From the NCBI RefSeq assembly GCF_006345805.1, contig NW_021825323.1, forward strand, positions 434,001-498,000: a DNA stretch of 64,000 nucleotides. Direction: 5' to 3'. The stretch comes from Octopus sinensis (Eukaryota). Below the pieces are notes generated by a model, which saw nothing but the letters and a program-made list of their open reading frames with translations, ran no database searches and was not told the origin of the DNA. Below, in pieces: positions 60,573 through 64,000 of this stretch (the stretch's first letter is position 1; the number at the start of each line of letters is the position of its first letter). A program made the position numbers and the translations under genes.

Positions 60573-60849
60573 TTATTAATTTTACAATAAATTTGAACAA
60601 AATTTTAACTACCTTTATAACCTTAAAATTTAAATCTGAATCCATATCTACATACTGACAGACATTAATTAATTTCATTCTTGCTGGATTTGCAAACAAA
60701 CCAAGACATTTAAAACAGTTCTTTGTTCTGCCGTTATACACAAAGCTTTTGAATTAGTTTTGAAAAGGATTTTATCAAGCAAAACATTTCAAATAGAGTT
60801 TCCGGGCAAGCTCAAACTATAAAACATTAACTTTCTAATTAGAAGAAGG

Positions 60850-61440
60850 AGTGTGATGTGCTTAGAAGGACTGAAGTTTATGTCACTTCTTTTTCCTAAC
60901 GGACTGCCTCAGAGTTTTGACTTATCCTTTGCTTTATTCAATCTATTCCTGGAAAAATCTCTTTTTCCTCGTGGACAATATTAATTTTTTTACTGTTTTA
61001 TGCCGATGACATTTTTTTGGCTTCACTAGATCGAGTAAAAAATTTATTCTAACCTGGATCGAATCAATGCATGAATAATAGATAACCGGCTGGTTGTGAA
61101 TGCTGAGAACTCATCCACGTCTTCACATCTGAGAAAAGATTTGAAAGGATGACAGTCGCTTTGAAGCCAAACAATGTCATCATAGTTTTCAACATATGTC
61201 AAGGGATTTTATGAGTGACTCTTGATATGCATCTTGGCTTTTATCCACATGTGGTTAACATAATTCTGAAATGCGGAAAGAAAATGAACTTGTTGAAAAG
61301 CTTATTGAGAATATGAAAGAGTGATCTCGCCCTGTTTTGGCGAACATATCGTCAATATATCGAACCATATTTGTAAAATTTAATGCTTGTGCGTCATGAG
61401 GGAGTGCTTTTATTTTTGCCAAGCGAAGATGAGATCTACG
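60850..61440 (+). mobile_element. Degenerate family A-like RT remnant
   Basis: FPNGLPQSF..LFNLFL and LFYADDI remnants. Confidence 0.6.
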
Positions 61441-61642
61441 TGATTAATTTGTTCTGTTTTCCCGTGGTTTTGATGTTAAAAAATTTGAATCAAAAATTTA
61501 AAAGAATCCACATGCAAATATATTTGCCATCTACTAATCTCTAAATATATTTTTGAAGTTTCCACTATCCTCTGCAATTTATGGGAGCTTTCTAAATGCG
61601 TAATTCTCCTAAAAAAATTTTTAATATGTTATTAAAATTACA

Positions 61643-61769
61643 ATTACAATTATGCAATGTTTTAATTTTTTTATTAGCTAATTAATTACAATTATGCAAT
61701 GTTGTAATTTTTTTATTAGCTAATTAATTACAATTATGCAATGTTTTAATTTTTTTATTACCTAATTAC
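61643..61769. repeat. 42-bp tandem repeat, three copies
   Basis: ATTACAATTATGCAATGTT..ATTAGCTAATTA starting at 61643, 61685 and 61727. Confidence 0.9.
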
Positions 61770-62012
61770 TTTCATGTTCTATTGACATCTGTTTGAATTG
61801 GACAGGACTCTATTCATAGTAGCGCCCTGAAATATCGCCTTTTTATCTTAACTCGGCCGAATTATTAACATTTAATATTTTATTTAATATTTTTGTTTAC
61901 AAAGGCAAATTGTTTAAATATAATTTTAATAAGAATTATTAAAAAAAAGTATTTACTAAAATAATAATTGCTATTTCTTTCATAGTGTGTAGTTTGTTAA
62001 ATAATTCGATAC

Positions 62013-63114
62013 ATGTCGGAATCACACAAATTAAAAAATAATATAAAAATTGTAATAAATTCATATATAATATAAAGGGTTGTTATGAAAATAATTCTGA
62101 CACCAATCACTCGAAGAGTATTAAAAATGACAATGGGTCACTAATTAATAAATTACATTTATTTACAGTGATTCTTTGATTTCCTATTTTGGCTTTACCG
62201 CTGGATCGACTCGCTTTCAGGAGAGAACACATTTCACATTTAAAGTTACAGAATAGTAACATATTTTAGTGCCCGTTTTGTTTTGTGACAATTAAAAACG
62301 GTTCAAAATTTTTTGAACATATTTACGATCATTTGAATGTAGAAAGATATGAAAAACTTGATGTTGATTATTTCCTGTGCTGTCGTTTCTGTTTTCGCAT
62401 GTTCCCCACTCCTCACCAGTTAGCAGTTCATACGACCAAGGTTACTTAATAAATTAAGAAAGTCATCAAGGTTCATCTTCATCCTGGAAAATGGTTTAAT
62501 TCTGTTTGCCATATATGCGAACTTGATTATCAAGAAGGGCTTTCCAATCACATGAATGAAGTACATAAAGGCATCGATTTGGCGTACCGTTGCCATATTT
62601 GCCATTTCCGTTCTTGCTTATACTCAGATGTCATTAGTCACTTTACAGCTGTTTGTATACTGTTGTTATATCCCAAAGTTGCATTCGACTTGTGAATATA
62701 TTCCTTGCCCTGTTTGCCTGACACAACTTAAACTTTGCGGCCGCATGACTCGTTTAGTTAACCACCTCAGACGTCATATTGTATTTTACACTACTTTTAC
62801 TTAGTAGGGACGTAAAACCGACATTCCCTGCAAGTTTTGCAGACTTCGGTTTCTTTCAAAAAGTGAGTTGGAGACTCATTTAGTAGCAGACCATCAAGTT
62901 GACACGGTCACAAAAATATTTCCAAGTTATTTATAAACTTATTTTTAAAGGATTTCAAGATTTTTTTCCAACTAAATCTGATCAGTATAGTTCAATATCA
63001 TCTGTTCTGTCCAATCAGCTGATGGGAATAACTTCAAAAACAGATCCTCCTTATTGTCCATATGATAATGCGTCCCACGTGAGCAATCCGCTTATTTTTC
63101 TGCACATTTTATGA
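62013..63114 (+). CDS. ZNF280/POGZ-like C2H2 zinc-finger protein (no transposase domain seen)
   Basis: FTFK|CPFCFVTIKNGSKFFEH, CRFCFRMFPTPHQLAVH, CHICEL..HMNEVH, YRCHICHFRSCLYSDVISHF, CPVCL, CKFCRLRF; micro-introns; 3' end approximate. Confidence 0.85.
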
Positions 63115-63476
63115 TCATTGTATTTATATTTGTTCCAATTAAAATGTTTCTCTAGGTGTCACTTTTTATTTTATATCTAATAAAAAATTAATTTTCATTG
63201 TATTGATTTAATTTTGTTAAATCCAGAGGTATCATATTTTGCAAATTCATAGTGAAAATGGATAATTATGATTACCAAATACATAGGGTTGGTACAGAGA
63301 TTATTATTCTGAATTTCTAAATACACTTAAACCTCTCTATATTGCCACGAAAAAAAACCAAATATTTCATGGCAATAAGCGGGGTGGTATTATAATGCGA
63401 TCCCGCTTAAATTAATTAAACACAAAATATTTAATATCTATAAAAAAAACTCCATAATCGTGACTGTCTATAACTA

Positions 63477-64000
63477 TATCATTTTCAGTTCAAGTTTGAC
63501 AATTTTTATATCAATTTTGATAATTCGATGTTCAATTTTGACACTGTTTGCATCAATTTTGACAATGCGATATTCAATTTTGAAATTTTTTAGATCAATT
63601 TTGACAAATATTTTTATAACGGACACACACAAGGACTTTATTTAATCGGCTAAATCAAGATGAGAGTTAATAAAGACAATTTTATTAATCAAGTCAGGTT
63701 AATGGAATCCCAATCGTACAATTTGCAATGATTTTTTCTGCATTTGTATAAAAATTCCGTATTTTCTAACGCTTAGATTTGTCATAGAATATTCTAACGC
63801 ATTTTTTAATAATAGTGCTCGAAATTTCGTCAGGGTTCCATTTCCTGCTGCATGAACATCGTTATGAGGATTATTGTGATTGGATAAATATGTCTTTATC
63901 CCAGTCTTAAGAATCGAAAAACAGCCTTCGCATGGATTTAGCTGTGGAGAATATGGTGCATCAAATGTTCTACTCGCACGCCTTCAAAATTTCCTTGTTT
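63477..64000 (-). mobile_element. End of a Tc1/IS630-like element, probable autonomous partner of the 20063 MITE
   Basis: Same TIR and 21-bp repeats as 20063-20480, followed on the minus strand by APYSPQLNPCEGCFSILK. Confidence 0.8.

Noticed and set aside
504-63114. Alternative genetic code to explain fragmented ORFs
   Set aside because: Host genes splice into stop-free frames and end in TAA or TGA; in-frame stops are confined to introns and decayed TEs.

Overview
This is eukaryotic, AT-rich animal DNA, not prokaryotic. Host genes use the standard code and are split by very short GT-AG introns, mostly 22-30 nt. Together with animal-type genes (ZNF280/POGZ-like, EFCAB7, MRPL28), this points to a compact-intron parasite such as a dicyemid; an orthonectid or myxozoan is not excluded, and the taxon is inference only. 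Host genes recognised: MRPL28 (first exon), UBE2H, SUV39H-like plus a partial pseudo-duplicate, a small Myb/SANT gene, SPAG7, LCMT1, EFCAB7 and a ZNF280/POGZ-like zinc finger. Much of the window is nested transposon sequence: hAT (Buster/SPIN-like and CGGBP-like), Tc1/IS630-like, pogo/Tigger, Merlin, a Ginger-like integrase, non-LTR retrotransposons of four kinds (Ingi/Vingi-like, Jockey/I-like, R4/Dong-like, CRE-like) and tRNA-headed SINEs. Most notable: (1) an Ingi/Vingi-like element whose 5' end has an HDV-like ribozyme fold followed by a 2A stop-go peptide; (2) host-type 22-28 nt micro-introns inside four different DNA-transposon families, one resembling a diverged tandem duplicate of its own exon; (3) a near-intact, GC-rich R4/Dong-like element sitting in the (TAA)n tail of the Ingi-like element; (4) a mosaic CRE/ORF1/integrase cassette that recurs with the same junctions. 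Family calls come from recalled motifs, not database searches, and edges of degenerate fragments are approximate.
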